DNA of 64,000 bases, taken from Spirochaetia bacterium. GTDB lineage: Bacteria > Spirochaetota > Spirochaetia > DSM-27196 > Salinispiraceae. A program made the position numbers and the translations under genes. Of this stretch, positions 48,604-58,091 are shown piece after piece. Each line of letters opens with the position of its first letter. Position 1 is the first letter of the stretch. The notes under the pieces are model-generated. The model saw only the letters and a program-made list of their open reading frames with translations, ran no database searches and was not told the DNA's origin. The stretch covers positions 134,585 through 198,584 of the forward strand of contig JBBRCZ010000004.1 in assembly GCA_038204425.1 (NCBI GenBank), read 5' to 3'.

Positions 48604-50416
48604 TTTGTTTAACCTTGTTTGCATCATCTTCTTCTTGATGAAGATAGATGTCAATAAAAAAACTACTACCTTGGCCAACTTTGCTTTCTGCCCAAATTCT
48701 ACCGCCGTGATCCAGGATTATTTTTTCGGTTATGGCTAGTCCGAGACCAGTGCCGTCTTTTTTGCTGGTATAGTAGGGGTTAAAAATAGCCTCAAGTTTT
48801 TCTTCTGGTATGCCGGTTCCATTATCTTTGACGTGGATGCGCACCATCCTGCGCCCTGTTTTGTCGATCTCATAGCTGTTAACAGATAGGGCGCCCGCTT
48901 TTGCATTAACCGCATCTAAAGCGTTTCTAAAAAGGTTCTTAAAGACTTGTTGAAACTGACCGCGATCTACGCGCAGGGTCAAGCCTTGGGCAAGTCCGGA
49001 GTCATCAAAGGCTACGCTGGTATCGCTTGCAAACAATGCCCAGGTTTCTCCAATCAGCTCACGCAGATCTATCAGTTCTGGGTTTGGTGCGGGAAGGCGC
49101 GCAAAGTCCCTAAACTCACTGAGCATATGTGACAAACCCTCAACTTCTTGGATGATGATGCCAACACTTTCTTCCAAAACACCAGCAAAATCGGGGCCCG
49201 CTTGACGATATTTTCGCAAGATTCGTTCAGCGGAAAGTTTGATAGGCGTCAGCGGATTCTTGATTTCATGAGCCAGTCTTTGCGCTATGTCTTGCCAAGT
49301 CTGTAGTCTTTCAGTTTGCATCAAACGCCTTCGTGAGCGTTCAAGTTCTCCTGTCATGTCGTTAAAGGCCATGATGAAGGTCGCCATAACGTCATTTTTT
49401 CTAACCAAAAGCCGCGTGCCATAGTCACCTTTGCCTACTCGCCAGACCGCGCGCTCTAGTTGCGCAAGTGGCGCAATTAACATTTCGGCGACATAGACAC
49501 TCATCATTAGTGCCAAGAGAATCAGCGGAATAAAAAAGAAAATATAAGCAGAAAAAACGATTAGCGGAAAACTCGGTCCAAGTTGGCTGTACTTGGCCAA
49601 ACGCGATTCGGTCTGACTTAAGAGATTTGCTTGCTGATCAAAGCCCAAGCCGAGTTTGACACTGGCAACTAAGCGTTTTGCTTGATCGCTGCCCTCTTCG
49701 ATGGTGATCATAAATCGTAAATAGTTTTGCCCCAGCTTAGTTTGTTTGACAACCTGAGCAAGCGTTAAACCTTGAAGATCCTCTACTAAGAGAAAAGCCT
49801 CACTGTCGCCAAAGGACGAAAGTGAGGCGGTTGATCGTTGTTGGCTGATAAGCCGATCTTCATCAAAGACCTGCAAGGCGCTTAGACCTGGCTGTAAGTC
49901 CAGAATTCTGCGCCATCCGGTTTCTGGATTTCTCAATGCTGATCTAACCAGACTTGGAACCACGTCCGATGACCAAAACCGCTTGAGACCCTCAAACTGC
50001 AGCTGATACAGACTTAGAGTGGACTCCAAGCCAAATTTTAGGGCCTGATTGGTATCCTTTACAAACCAAACGTCAAACGAGGTTCGTAGTAGATTGGCGG
50101 TCAGTACCGCCGAGGGAAAACCAGACAAGAAAACTATGCCACCAAAAAAGGCAACCAAGCGCAGCTTAAAGCGGATTCCAGGTTCGTTCTTTTTCCAAGC
50201 ACGGTAGAGATGCACGATCTGAACACACAAGAAGCCGAGCAATATGGCGATAAAAACGAGACCAATAAACTCCAAGGGTAGTAATGGCTTGGGCTGATCT
50301 TGCAAAAAAGACAAAACGACTTGGTTTGAGAGAATTACGGCGACTATAATTAGGATAAAAAAAAGCAGACCCATCCCCACCAGAACACTGAAGGAGACTG
50401 AAGTCGAACGTCTCAT
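48590..50416 (-). CDS. NtrY-like membrane sensor histidine kinase (HAMP)
   Basis: WQDIAQRLAHEIKNPLTPIKLSAER, N/G boxes. Confidence 0.9.
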   Translation of the reverse strand: MRRSTSVSFSVLVGMGLLFFILIIVAVILSNQVVLSFLQDQPKPLLPLEFIGLVFIAILLGFLCVQIVHLYRAWKKNEPGIRFKLRLVAFFGGIVFLSGFPSAVLTANLLRTSFDVWFVKDTNQALKFGLESTLSLYQLQFEGLKRFWSSDVVPSLVRSALRNPETGWRRILDLQPGLSALQVFDEDRLISQQRSTASLSSFGDSEAFLLVEDLQGLTLAQVVKQTKLGQNYLRFMITIEEGSDQAKRLVASVKLGLGFDQQANLLSQTESRLAKYSQLGPSFPLIVFSAYIFFFIPLILLALMMSVYVAEMLIAPLAQLERAVWRVGKGDYGTRLLVRKNDVMATFIMAFNDMTGELERSRRRLMQTERLQTWQDIAQRLAHEIKNPLTPIKLSAERILRKYRQAGPDFAGVLEESVGIIIQEVEGLSHMLSEFRDFARLPAPNPELIDLRELIGETWALFASDTSVAFDDSGLAQGLTLRVDRGQFQQVFKNLFRNALDAVNAKAGALSVNSYEIDKTGRRMVRIHVKDNGTGIPEEKLEAIFNPYYTSKKDGTGLGLAITEKIILDHGGRIWAESKVGQGSSFFIDIYLHQEEDDANKVKQNEQH

Positions 50417-50428
50417 AATGGGAGTCTT

Positions 50429-50695
50429 CTATTGCTCTTCAAATCGATTGTCAAAAAGTGTTGCCAAGGCGTCGATTGCTTCTTGCTCGTCGCTTCCGTC
50501 GGCTGTCATGGTTATCTCGGTGCCAAAACAAGCTCCCAGTGTAATAATTCCCATGATTGACTTGGCGTTGATTTCTTCATTTTCTTTAGAAAAAATAATC
50601 TTTGACTGAAACTTGCCTGCTGTTTGGACAATTAAGGAGGCCGGCCGCGCGTGAATGCCTGCCCTATTTTTTACGGTTACTTTTTGCTCTTTCAT
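50429..50695 (-). CDS. ptsH: phosphocarrier protein HPr
   Basis: GIHARPA (His15), NAKSIMG (Ser46). Confidence 0.95.
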   Translation of the reverse strand: MKEQKVTVKNRAGIHARPASLIVQTAGKFQSKIIFSKENEEINAKSIMGIITLGACFGTEITMTADGSDEQEAIDALATLFDNRFEEQ

Positions 50696-51729
50696 CTCTG
50701 ATCCTTGCTATTCAACTCGTTTCCTGTCGTTACGCCCGAAAGGGACTGCATTAACTTTCTCTTTTCTTGATACAGCTTGCGTGCGTTCTCTGTTTCTAAC
50801 CACTTAAGCACGCTTTGGTTAAACTCTTTGGCAGAGTGGTAACCCATCTTTTTGAGTCTTTCGTTCATCGCTGCTGTTTCCAGAATAATTGGTATGTTTC
50901 TTCCAGGTTTAACAGGTATGAGCAAATAGGGGATTGCTACGCCTAGGGTTTCTCGCGTTTTTTCTTCGGCGCCAATTCTATCATAGTTTTTGCTGGAATC
51001 CCATAATTCCAATTCAACGATTAGTTGGATTTGTTTTTCTTCTCGAATGGCGCCAACCCCAAACAAATGCGTCACGTTGATGATGCCAAGTCCTCTGATC
51101 TCCATGTGATGACCAAGTGACTTGTTGGCTCCAGAACCCATGAGCACGTTACCGTTAATACACTTAATTTCCACTGCATCATCAGCTACCAGACGATGTC
51201 CGCGATGAATAAGCTCAAGCGCCGTTTCGCTCTTGCCTACTCCACTATCACCGGCGATAAAGATGCCAATGCCAAAAACTTCTACCAAAACTCCATGCGT
51301 AGTTATGGTATTGGCAAAGACATCGCCAAAGGCTCTCAATAGGCGAGAATTAAACTCCGCCGTTGGCAAGGAAGTTCTCAGGATTGGACACTTGGCTTCT
51401 TCTGCAATTTTAATAAAATCGTTGCTTGGCACCAAGCCATGAGTAAAAATTGTACAAGGAATTTCTAAGGTAAAAAGAGTCTGAATGGTTTCGCTGGTGT
51501 TCTCTCGTTCTAACTTTTGCAAATAAGAATGCTCGCCGCGGCCAAAAATCTGAACACGTTCGTTGCCAAAATTGTCAAAAAACCCACTCAGAGCAAGGCC
51601 AGGACGATTGAGATCCGGAATACGAATTTCCCTTACTAGGCCTGCTCGACCACCAATACACTCAAGATCGAGTGCGTTGTGTTCTTGGAGATCTAAATTG
51701 AGCAGGTCCAGTACGGTAAATCGTTTCAT
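50692..51729 (-). CDS. hprK: HPr kinase/phosphorylase
   Basis: NRPGLAL, GDSGVGKSE, LVADD, EIRGLGII, PGRN. Confidence 0.97.
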   Translation of the reverse strand: MKRFTVLDLLNLDLQEHNALDLECIGGRAGLVREIRIPDLNRPGLALSGFFDNFGNERVQIFGRGEHSYLQKLERENTSETIQTLFTLEIPCTIFTHGLVPSNDFIKIAEEAKCPILRTSLPTAEFNSRLLRAFGDVFANTITTHGVLVEVFGIGIFIAGDSGVGKSETALELIHRGHRLVADDAVEIKCINGNVLMGSGANKSLGHHMEIRGLGIINVTHLFGVGAIREEKQIQLIVELELWDSSKNYDRIGAEEKTRETLGVAIPYLLIPVKPGRNIPIILETAAMNERLKKMGYHSAKEFNQSVLKWLETENARKLYQEKRKLMQSLSGVTTGNELNSKDQR

Positions 51730-51736
51730 TGAGTCA

Positions 51737-52063
51737 TTAACCTTCCATGGGCTCAGGGCGGATCTTTTCGTGATGATGATCCTGAATCTTATCTTTTTCT
51801 TTGGAAATTTTGACGTCGAGTTTGTCTATAAGCTTTTCTAAAGCCTCATGAAGATTATAGGCAACTTCTTCCATGTAGATTGGAATGCCCCAACGCAGGT
51901 TTAGCTTAACTTCTGCCTTCCAGTCTTTGAGTTGCTTGGTTAGAGTAAATGAAAGGTCCATTACATGCTCTGCTGCATAGGAAACTTTTTCAAGTTTATT
52001 TGTAATGAACTCCCGTGTGTTCTCGCCAATGTCATAATGTACGCCTTTGATGTCAAATTTCAT
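51737..52063 (-). CDS. hpf: ribosome hibernation promoting factor (short HPF/RaiA)
   Basis: Position after rpoN; sigma54-modulation protein pattern ending KEKDKIQDH. Confidence 0.85.
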   Translation of the reverse strand: MKFDIKGVHYDIGENTREFITNKLEKVSYAAEHVMDLSFTLTKQLKDWKAEVKLNLRWGIPIYMEEVAYNLHEALEKLIDKLDVKISKEKDKIQDHHHEKIRPEPMEG

Positions 52064-52091
52064 GACTTCCTCCTGTTTGTTTACTTACTAA

Positions 52092-53465
52092 TCATCGTTG
52101 ATACGATGAATCAATAGCCAGTTCTTTGCGATATTTGCTTACGGTTCGACGGGCAACCTTAATTCCCTTTTTTTCCAAGAGCTCACTGAGACGCTGATCT
52201 GACACACTGCCATTATTTTCTTCATGTATCAACTCTTTGAGGACTTGTTTTACTCCCTCTTTTGAAAAGGTAGAACCCGCCGTACCCTGAATTGCCGACG
52301 AGAAGAAGTATTTGAGTTCGTAGAGGCCCCAATCGGTTTGGCTATATTTTCCATTAGTAAGCCGCGAAACCGTGGTTTCGTGAACGCCGATTTCGCCGGC
52401 GATGTCGCGCAAAGTCAGCGGAACAATGTACTTGGGTCCATGTAAAAAAAATTCTTTTTGAAACTCCACCAATGCCGCAGCCACCTTAAGCAAAGTCTCG
52501 CTCCTGACCTTAATGCTGTTGATAAACCAACGTGCGTCTTTTATTTTTCCGCCTACAAAGGATTTAACTTCTTTGCCTTCATGACCTGCCGGCGCCGCAT
52601 GCAAAAGATCATTGAACAAAGGATCAATGCCTAAGACTGGAATCTCCTCATCGTTGAGAATAATCACGATGTCATCGTCTCGCCGAGTAATGTGTAAATC
52701 CGGGATTACGTACTGCGGATTAAAGGAAGAGTAAGAACTGCCAGGAAAGGGGTTGAGCTGTTGAATAAAGTGCAGAGCTTCTTCAACATCTTCGCTGTCG
52801 ATGTGCAGCAGTTTGGCAATTTCTTTGTATTTTCCTTTCTCCAAAAGTTGCAAGTGGGATTCTACAATGGCTTCCACACCCTCTGGCACATAGGAAAACT
52901 GAGCCGATTGCACTTTAAGGGACTCTCGATAGTCCTTGGTGCAGGTTCCTGCTGGTTCAAACGCCCTAATGGTTTGCATAATTCTAAGCATAACCGCGTG
53001 TAATTCTTCAGCAAACAATGCCTCCGGTTCAACGCGGTGGAAACCATGTGCATCAAGATTCCTAATCAAAATTTCGCCAATTTGAAAATGCTCTTCGGAA
53101 ATAGGTTGCAAGCGAAGTTGCCAGATTAAGTGGTCTTGTAGACTCTCGGGACGGGCTACTATCTGCTCCAAGAAACGGTGTTTGTTGTCCCCTGCTTCAT
53201 CATCATAGCCCTCGAAATTGAGCGAACTATCAAAACTTTCGGTACGGTCGCCGTAACTGTCGTGGTTGACTGGAACTTGTGGCTCGTCAAGAGACACAGT
53301 AGAACGGTCTTCTAACACTTCAAGAGCAGGGTTTTCGTCTATCTCCTGCTGAATGCGTGCCTTTAAATCGAGCATGGGAAGTGCGAGTATTTGAATGCTT
53401 TGTAATAACTGCGGACTCATCCGCATTTCTTGCCGCTGTATTAGAGCCGGCTTCTGGACTTGCAC
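52092..53465 (-). CDS. rpoN: RNA polymerase sigma-54 factor
   Basis: PQLLQSIQIL, ENPALE, HETTVSR, RpoN box ARRTVSKYR. Confidence 0.97.
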   Translation of the reverse strand: MQVQKPALIQRQEMRMSPQLLQSIQILALPMLDLKARIQQEIDENPALEVLEDRSTVSLDEPQVPVNHDSYGDRTESFDSSLNFEGYDDEAGDNKHRFLEQIVARPESLQDHLIWQLRLQPISEEHFQIGEILIRNLDAHGFHRVEPEALFAEELHAVMLRIMQTIRAFEPAGTCTKDYRESLKVQSAQFSYVPEGVEAIVESHLQLLEKGKYKEIAKLLHIDSEDVEEALHFIQQLNPFPGSSYSSFNPQYVIPDLHITRRDDDIVIILNDEEIPVLGIDPLFNDLLHAAPAGHEGKEVKSFVGGKIKDARWFINSIKVRSETLLKVAAALVEFQKEFFLHGPKYIVPLTLRDIAGEIGVHETTVSRLTNGKYSQTDWGLYELKYFFSSAIQGTAGSTFSKEGVKQVLKELIHEENNGSVSDQRLSELLEKKGIKVARRTVSKYRKELAIDSSYQR

Positions 53466-53496
53466 TTTTTCCTCCAGGCTTTATCCCGCTCATTGA

Positions 53497-53525
53497 ATTC
53501 TGCGTGACAAGTGTGGCTTTGTCAA
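53497..53525 (-). promoter_or_regulatory. sigma70 promoter TTGACA-17-CAGAAT for rpoN, overlapped by TGACAA-N8-TTGTCA palindrome
   Basis: Perfect -35 and 17-nt spacer. Confidence 0.55.
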
Positions 53526-53547
53526 CGAAAACAAATGCTAAGCGAAT

Positions 53548-54294
53548 CTAAAACTGAAAATCGTTGCCGAGGTAAACCTCTCGTGCCAGGGCGTCGTTCA
53601 TGATTTCTTCCCGACTGCCTGAGACCACCACCAAGCCTTCTTCGACAATGTAGGCTCTATCAGTTATAGAAAGCGTGTCACGCACATTGTGATCGGTTAT
53701 CAAAACGCCGATGCCGCGGGCTGTCAAAAGGCCAACTATTTGCTTAATCTCGTGGACAGCCTTAGGGTCAATACCAGCAAATGGTTCATCAAGTAGCAAA
53801 AACTTTGGTTCTATTGCCAAAGCGCGTGCAATCTCGGTCCTGCGACGTTCGCCACCTGACAAAGTAAAACCTTGCTGCTTTCTGACGTGATTGATGTCAA
53901 GTTCGCCGAGTAGTTGTTCCAAGAGACTTTTTTTGGCGGGCTTATCGAGGTCAACGCGGCCTTCCAAAATAGCCCAGATATTGTCTTCTACACTCAGTTT
54001 TCTAAAAATGCTTGCCTCTTGCGGCAAATAAGCTATACCGGCGCGAGCGCGTTGGTGCATAGGAAAGTGGGTTATATTGTTGCCGCCAAGAAAAATGCTG
54101 CCTTGGTTGGGTCTAATAAAACCTACAATCATATAAAATACCGTGGTCTTGCCGGCTCCGTTGCGACCAAGGAAGCCTACTACTTCGCCAGGTTTCATAG
54201 AAAAACCAACGCCTTTAACGACTTCTTTGCGACCATACTTTTTGTGGAGATTCTCAACTCTAAGCTCAGTGGTATTGCCTAAAAGGTCAATCAT
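53548..54294 (-). CDS. lptB: Lpt export ABC transporter ATP-binding protein
   Basis: GRNGAGKTT, YLPQEASIFRKL, LSGGERRR, DEPFAGIDP, TDHNVR; start MIDLL at 54294. Confidence 0.95.
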   Translation of the reverse strand: MIDLLGNTTELRVENLHKKYGRKEVVKGVGFSMKPGEVVGFLGRNGAGKTTVFYMIVGFIRPNQGSIFLGGNNITHFPMHQRARAGIAYLPQEASIFRKLSVEDNIWAILEGRVDLDKPAKKSLLEQLLGELDINHVRKQQGFTLSGGERRRTEIARALAIEPKFLLLDEPFAGIDPKAVHEIKQIVGLLTARGIGVLITDHNVRDTLSITDRAYIVEEGLVVVSGSREEIMNDALAREVYLGNDFQF

Positions 54295-54925
54295 TGGTGC
54301 TCTCGATCTTGCCTTGAACTTGTCCAAGCAATCTAATTTCGTCGTTTTCTAGGTTAATAGCTATCTGACTGGCCTTGTACTGATCTTTGTTCTTAAACAC
54401 CACCGGCATTCCCGACAGTTCTACCAAGTCTTGGTCTCGACGATAGACTAAATTTTCGGCTCGAGCCGTAATATCTTTCTTAAAGACTCTCACGCCAATT
54501 TGAACGTTGGTTATATTCTCTTTGTTGCGATGTTCAAGTATATCGCCTTTTACAACCATGTTGTTCTTAAAGTCCTCAAGCATAGTGTTGCCCCTAAGCG
54601 TAAGGATGTCGGTATCTCGGTCGTAAAAGAGTTGATTGCCACTTAAGTTAAGTCCTTTTTCAGTGTCAACAATTACGACACGGGCGTTAGTTTCTAAGTA
54701 TCGCTGGTTTTTGCCATAGAGCACTATTTCTTCTGACTGGATTTCAAAAGTCCCCGTGACGATGCGCGCCTTGCCACTCAAAACGGTTTGTTCGCGGCCC
54801 GAAGCAAAGACGCTACGCACTTTGCCGGCAGTAAACTTAATTGGTTCGGCAAAAGCCGCACTTGCCAACAAGCACAAGATGAGGAAGATAAACGATACTT
54901 TTTTGAAACTAAAGCTAGTTGCCAC
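54287..54925 (-). CDS. lptA: LptA/OstA-family periplasmic protein
   Basis: Signal peptide, beta-jellyroll repeats, position between lptC and lptB. Confidence 0.78.
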   Translation of the reverse strand: MATSFSFKKVSFIFLILCLLASAAFAEPIKFTAGKVRSVFASGREQTVLSGKARIVTGTFEIQSEEIVLYGKNQRYLETNARVVIVDTEKGLNLSGNQLFYDRDTDILTLRGNTMLEDFKNNMVVKGDILEHRNKENITNVQIGVRVFKKDITARAENLVYRRDQDLVELSGMPVVFKNKDQYKASQIAINLENDEIRLLGQVQGKIESTND

Positions 54926-55460
54926 CTATCACACCTTCCACGCCACCGGAAATCTCCATTACTTTGGTTCTCAAATCCACAAAAAAATCAGTGCCACTGA
55001 TTCGACTGCCATCGTTGCGCACAATGGCTACCTTGCCTCCGGGAATACCTTTGAGCATATCAGTTTTGGACTCCCAGCTAAGATAGTCGGTCTCAATATA
55101 GGCATCTTCTTGGCTTATTGCCACTTTAATCGCTCCCTCAAAAACTACAATCTCGGCCTGAATTTGATAGGTTGCTTTGTCTGCTACACCCTCGGCTAGT
55201 ATCTTACCATCTCTATCAAACTGAAAAAACTTGAGCGTCTTAAAGACTCTTTGGCTGCGTGCCGTAAAGCTAGACGCTTCGAGTGATTCTATACGCATGC
55301 TGATTTTGCTTTCTCTATAAATGATAAACTCGCCGTCCTTAATAATTAAGTCGGCTTGTTCTTCACTGAGGGCGTCAGTCAACACATCTTCATCATAGTC
55401 AAAGGAACATCCGAGCAATAGAAACGTTACGGTTATCGAAATAGCGATTAGTTTTGTCAT
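54915..55460 (-). CDS. lptC: LptC-family lipoprotein
   Basis: Lipobox LLGC after start MTKLI (55460); beta-rich; synteny. Confidence 0.75.
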   Translation of the reverse strand: MTKLIAISITVTFLLLGCSFDYDEDVLTDALSEEQADLIIKDGEFIIYRESKISMRIESLEASSFTARSQRVFKTLKFFQFDRDGKILAEGVADKATYQIQAEIVVFEGAIKVAISQEDAYIETDYLSWESKTDMLKGIPGGKVAIVRNDGSRISGTDFFVDLRTKVMEISGGVEGVIGGN

Positions 55461-55464
55461 GGTA

Positions 55465-57078
55465 TTAGACGAGCCTTGCTTTGCAAGCGGCAATAAAAGC
55501 TTTAAAGAGTGGGTGAGAGTTCTTTGGCTTGGACAAAAATTCGGGATGGTATTGCACACCCAAGCCCCAAACATGGTTGGACCAGACAACTGATTCCACC
55601 AGCTCACCGCCAGGAGTTGTTGCTGCAACAATTAGTCCGGCCTCTTGGAGCTCAGCGCGATATTTGTTGGCAACCTCGTAGCGGTGGCGATGGCGTTCAA
55701 GAACCTTACTTGTGCCGTAGGCCTGATGAATCAAAGAACCTTCCACCAGCACTGACTCACTCAAGCCAAGCCGCATGGTACCGCCGTAGTTCTTAACATC
55801 AAGCTGCTCCTCGAGCAGGCTCACCACCGGAAACTTACACTCCGGCGCAAACTCGGTCGAGTCAGCATCAGTAAAACCAAGCACGGTTCTTGCATACTCG
55901 ATAACCATAACTTGCATACCAAGGCAGATGCCAAAGTAAGGCAAACCGTTTTGTCGCGCCCAGCGTGCAGACCTTACCATTCCTTTGATGCCGCGAGCGC
56001 CAAAGCCCCCAGGAACAAGAATACCGTCCATCTTGGACAAGACAGCCACAAGTTCTTCGTCACTGAGTGCTTCTAGCTTTTCTGAGTCAATTTTTTCCAG
56101 CTTAATTTTGACACCATTGGCAATGCCACCGTGAATAAGTGCTTCGTCTATGGATTTGTAACTGTCGGCAAGCTCAATATACTTGCCAACTATGCCTATG
56201 GTAATGGTCTGGCTCGCATTGATAAGGGTGTCAACAATCGCTTGCCATGGACCTAAGTCGCGCGGCTTGACGTCGCTCATGTTGAGTCTGCGTAAGACAA
56301 TTTCGTCGAGCTTTTCTGCTCCGTAGTTAAGAGGCAATTCATAGATAGAGTGTTCTACATCGTGGGCAGAAATCACCGAGTCCATTGGTACGTTGGTAAA
56401 GAGCGCTATCTTGCGACGCAGGTCGTCGTCCACTGGACGGGAGGCGCGGCACATCAAGACATCAGGTTGGATTCCAATCTCGCGCATCTTGTTGACCGAG
56501 TGTTGCGTTGGTTTGGTCTTGAGTTCGCCACCAGAAACTTCGGGCAGCATAGTCAGATGAACAGAAATGACATTTTCTCGTCCTAGTTCCATCATCATCT
56601 GCCTTGCGGCTTCCAAAAAGGGAATGGATTCTATATCGCCAACCGTGCCACCAACTTCAATGATAGTGACATTAACCTCAGGCGATTCTCCCACCGCTAG
56701 GATCCTTTGTTTGATTCGATCTGTAATGTGAGGAATTACTTGCACGGTCTTGCCCAAGTAGCGACCTTCGCGTTCCCGCTGAATGACTTCCGAGTAGATT
56801 TGACCAGTGGTTATGGAATTGTCCTTGGAGAGCGTAGAATTGGTAAACCTCGAATAGTTACCTAAGTCCAGATCTGTCTCTGCTCCGTCGTCGGTGACGT
56901 AGACCTCTCCATGCTGATAGGGACTCATAGTTCCAGCATCAACGTTGATGTAAGGGTCGATTTTGACCATTCGAATAACCAAGCCTCGGGTCTCTAACAA
57001 GTTTCCCAAACTGGCAGCTGCAATACCTTTTCCTAGACTCGAGCAGACTCCGCCCGTAACAAAAACATACTTCTTCAT
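55465..57078 (-). CDS. pyrG: CTP synthase
   Basis: [47 protein letters not shown]. Confidence 0.98.
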   Translation of the reverse strand: MKKYVFVTGGVCSSLGKGIAAASLGNLLETRGLVIRMVKIDPYINVDAGTMSPYQHGEVYVTDDGAETDLDLGNYSRFTNSTLSKDNSITTGQIYSEVIQREREGRYLGKTVQVIPHITDRIKQRILAVGESPEVNVTIIEVGGTVGDIESIPFLEAARQMMMELGRENVISVHLTMLPEVSGGELKTKPTQHSVNKMREIGIQPDVLMCRASRPVDDDLRRKIALFTNVPMDSVISAHDVEHSIYELPLNYGAEKLDEIVLRRLNMSDVKPRDLGPWQAIVDTLINASQTITIGIVGKYIELADSYKSIDEALIHGGIANGVKIKLEKIDSEKLEALSDEELVAVLSKMDGILVPGGFGARGIKGMVRSARWARQNGLPYFGICLGMQVMVIEYARTVLGFTDADSTEFAPECKFPVVSLLEEQLDVKNYGGTMRLGLSESVLVEGSLIHQAYGTSKVLERHRHRYEVANKYRAELQEAGLIVAATTPGGELVESVVWSNHVWGLGVQYHPEFLSKPKNSHPLFKAFIAACKARLV

Positions 57079-57086
57079 GTGAGGGA

Positions 57087-57115
57087 ATTATTACTATGCA
57101 ATTATCCCTTGTCAA
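57087..57115 (-). promoter_or_regulatory. sigma70 promoter TTGACA-17-AATAAT immediately above pyrG
   Basis: Perfect -35; -10 ends 8 nt above ATG; no SD. Confidence 0.5.
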
Positions 57116-57231
57116 TGCAAGTCAAATGCAGGAAATTAATCCTTGTACAGATAATAATGGCTAGATAGGGCAATTTGCAAAAAAAAAGTTGCAGGTACTG
57201 TTAGAACCGCAATCCATCCAAGGTAGGAACC

Positions 57232-58047
57232 ATGTCGGACTTAAGCGACCCAGACTTTGAAAAATACAAGAAACTAATCTACGATGCCAGTGGCATTACT
57301 TTTACGGCCACCAATCGATCTATACTCGAAAGTCGCTTAAGAGAACGTCTGCGCATTAGCGCGGCTTCAACAGCAGCAGAATATTTTGTGGTGCTGAGTC
57401 GTGACGGCGAGGAATTAAAGTCGTTTTTGGACTCCGTGACGACCAACCTGACTCGATTTTTTAGGAACATGGCGCATATCGACACCTTTGAAAAGTATGT
57501 AATTCCCAATCTAATAGAAAAAAAGCGCGCCTCCGGCAGAAAGTCCGTTAAGCTTTGGAGTGCTGGCTGTTCGACTGGTGAAGAACCTTATACCTTGGCC
57601 ATGGTGCTACAAGAACACTTGCCGCATGACTTTGACTATCAAATTACTGCCTCAGACATAAGCCTCAAGTCATTGATGATAGCCAAGGAGGGCAACTATC
57701 CAGAAAGCAGAATGGGCGATAGCGTGCCTGACAATTTTTTGCGGAAGTATTTTGACAAGAGCGAAACCAGTTATCGTATCAAAGACGAGATCAAAAAAAA
57801 GATTAAGTTTGACTACCACAATCTCAAGTTTGATAGCAGCCAACGCGACTTGGACGTAGTATTTTGTCGCAACGTGCTCATCTACTTTGACATGGCAGCT
57901 CAAAAGCAAGTGATCGATTTTTTTTGGAACTCAATGGCCAACCATTCGTTTCTCTTTATTGGGCACTCTGAGTCTTTGTTTGGCATGGAGACCAAGTTTG
58001 AGTTTTTGAAGACCGATTGGGCTTGTATTTACAAAAAAGATGTTTAG
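57232..58047 (+). CDS. cheR: chemotaxis protein-glutamate methyltransferase
   Basis: TTNLTRFFR, WSAGCSTGEEPYT, FCRNVLIYFD, IGHSES. Confidence 0.96.
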   Translation: MSDLSDPDFEKYKKLIYDASGITFTATNRSILESRLRERLRISAASTAAEYFVVLSRDGEELKSFLDSVTTNLTRFFRNMAHIDTFEKYVIPNLIEKKRASGRKSVKLWSAGCSTGEEPYTLAMVLQEHLPHDFDYQITASDISLKSLMIAKEGNYPESRMGDSVPDNFLRKYFDKSETSYRIKDEIKKKIKFDYHNLKFDSSQRDLDVVFCRNVLIYFDMAAQKQVIDFFWNSMANHSFLFIGHSESLFGMETKFEFLKTDWACIYKKDV

Positions 58048-58091
58048 CACCTTACTTAAAATTGTATCAACGACTTCTAGAAGGACCTGCC

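Noticed and set aside
58045..58075. TTAGCAC half-site between cheR and cheB as CIRCE
   Set aside because: No matching GAGTGCTAA arm 9 nt downstream
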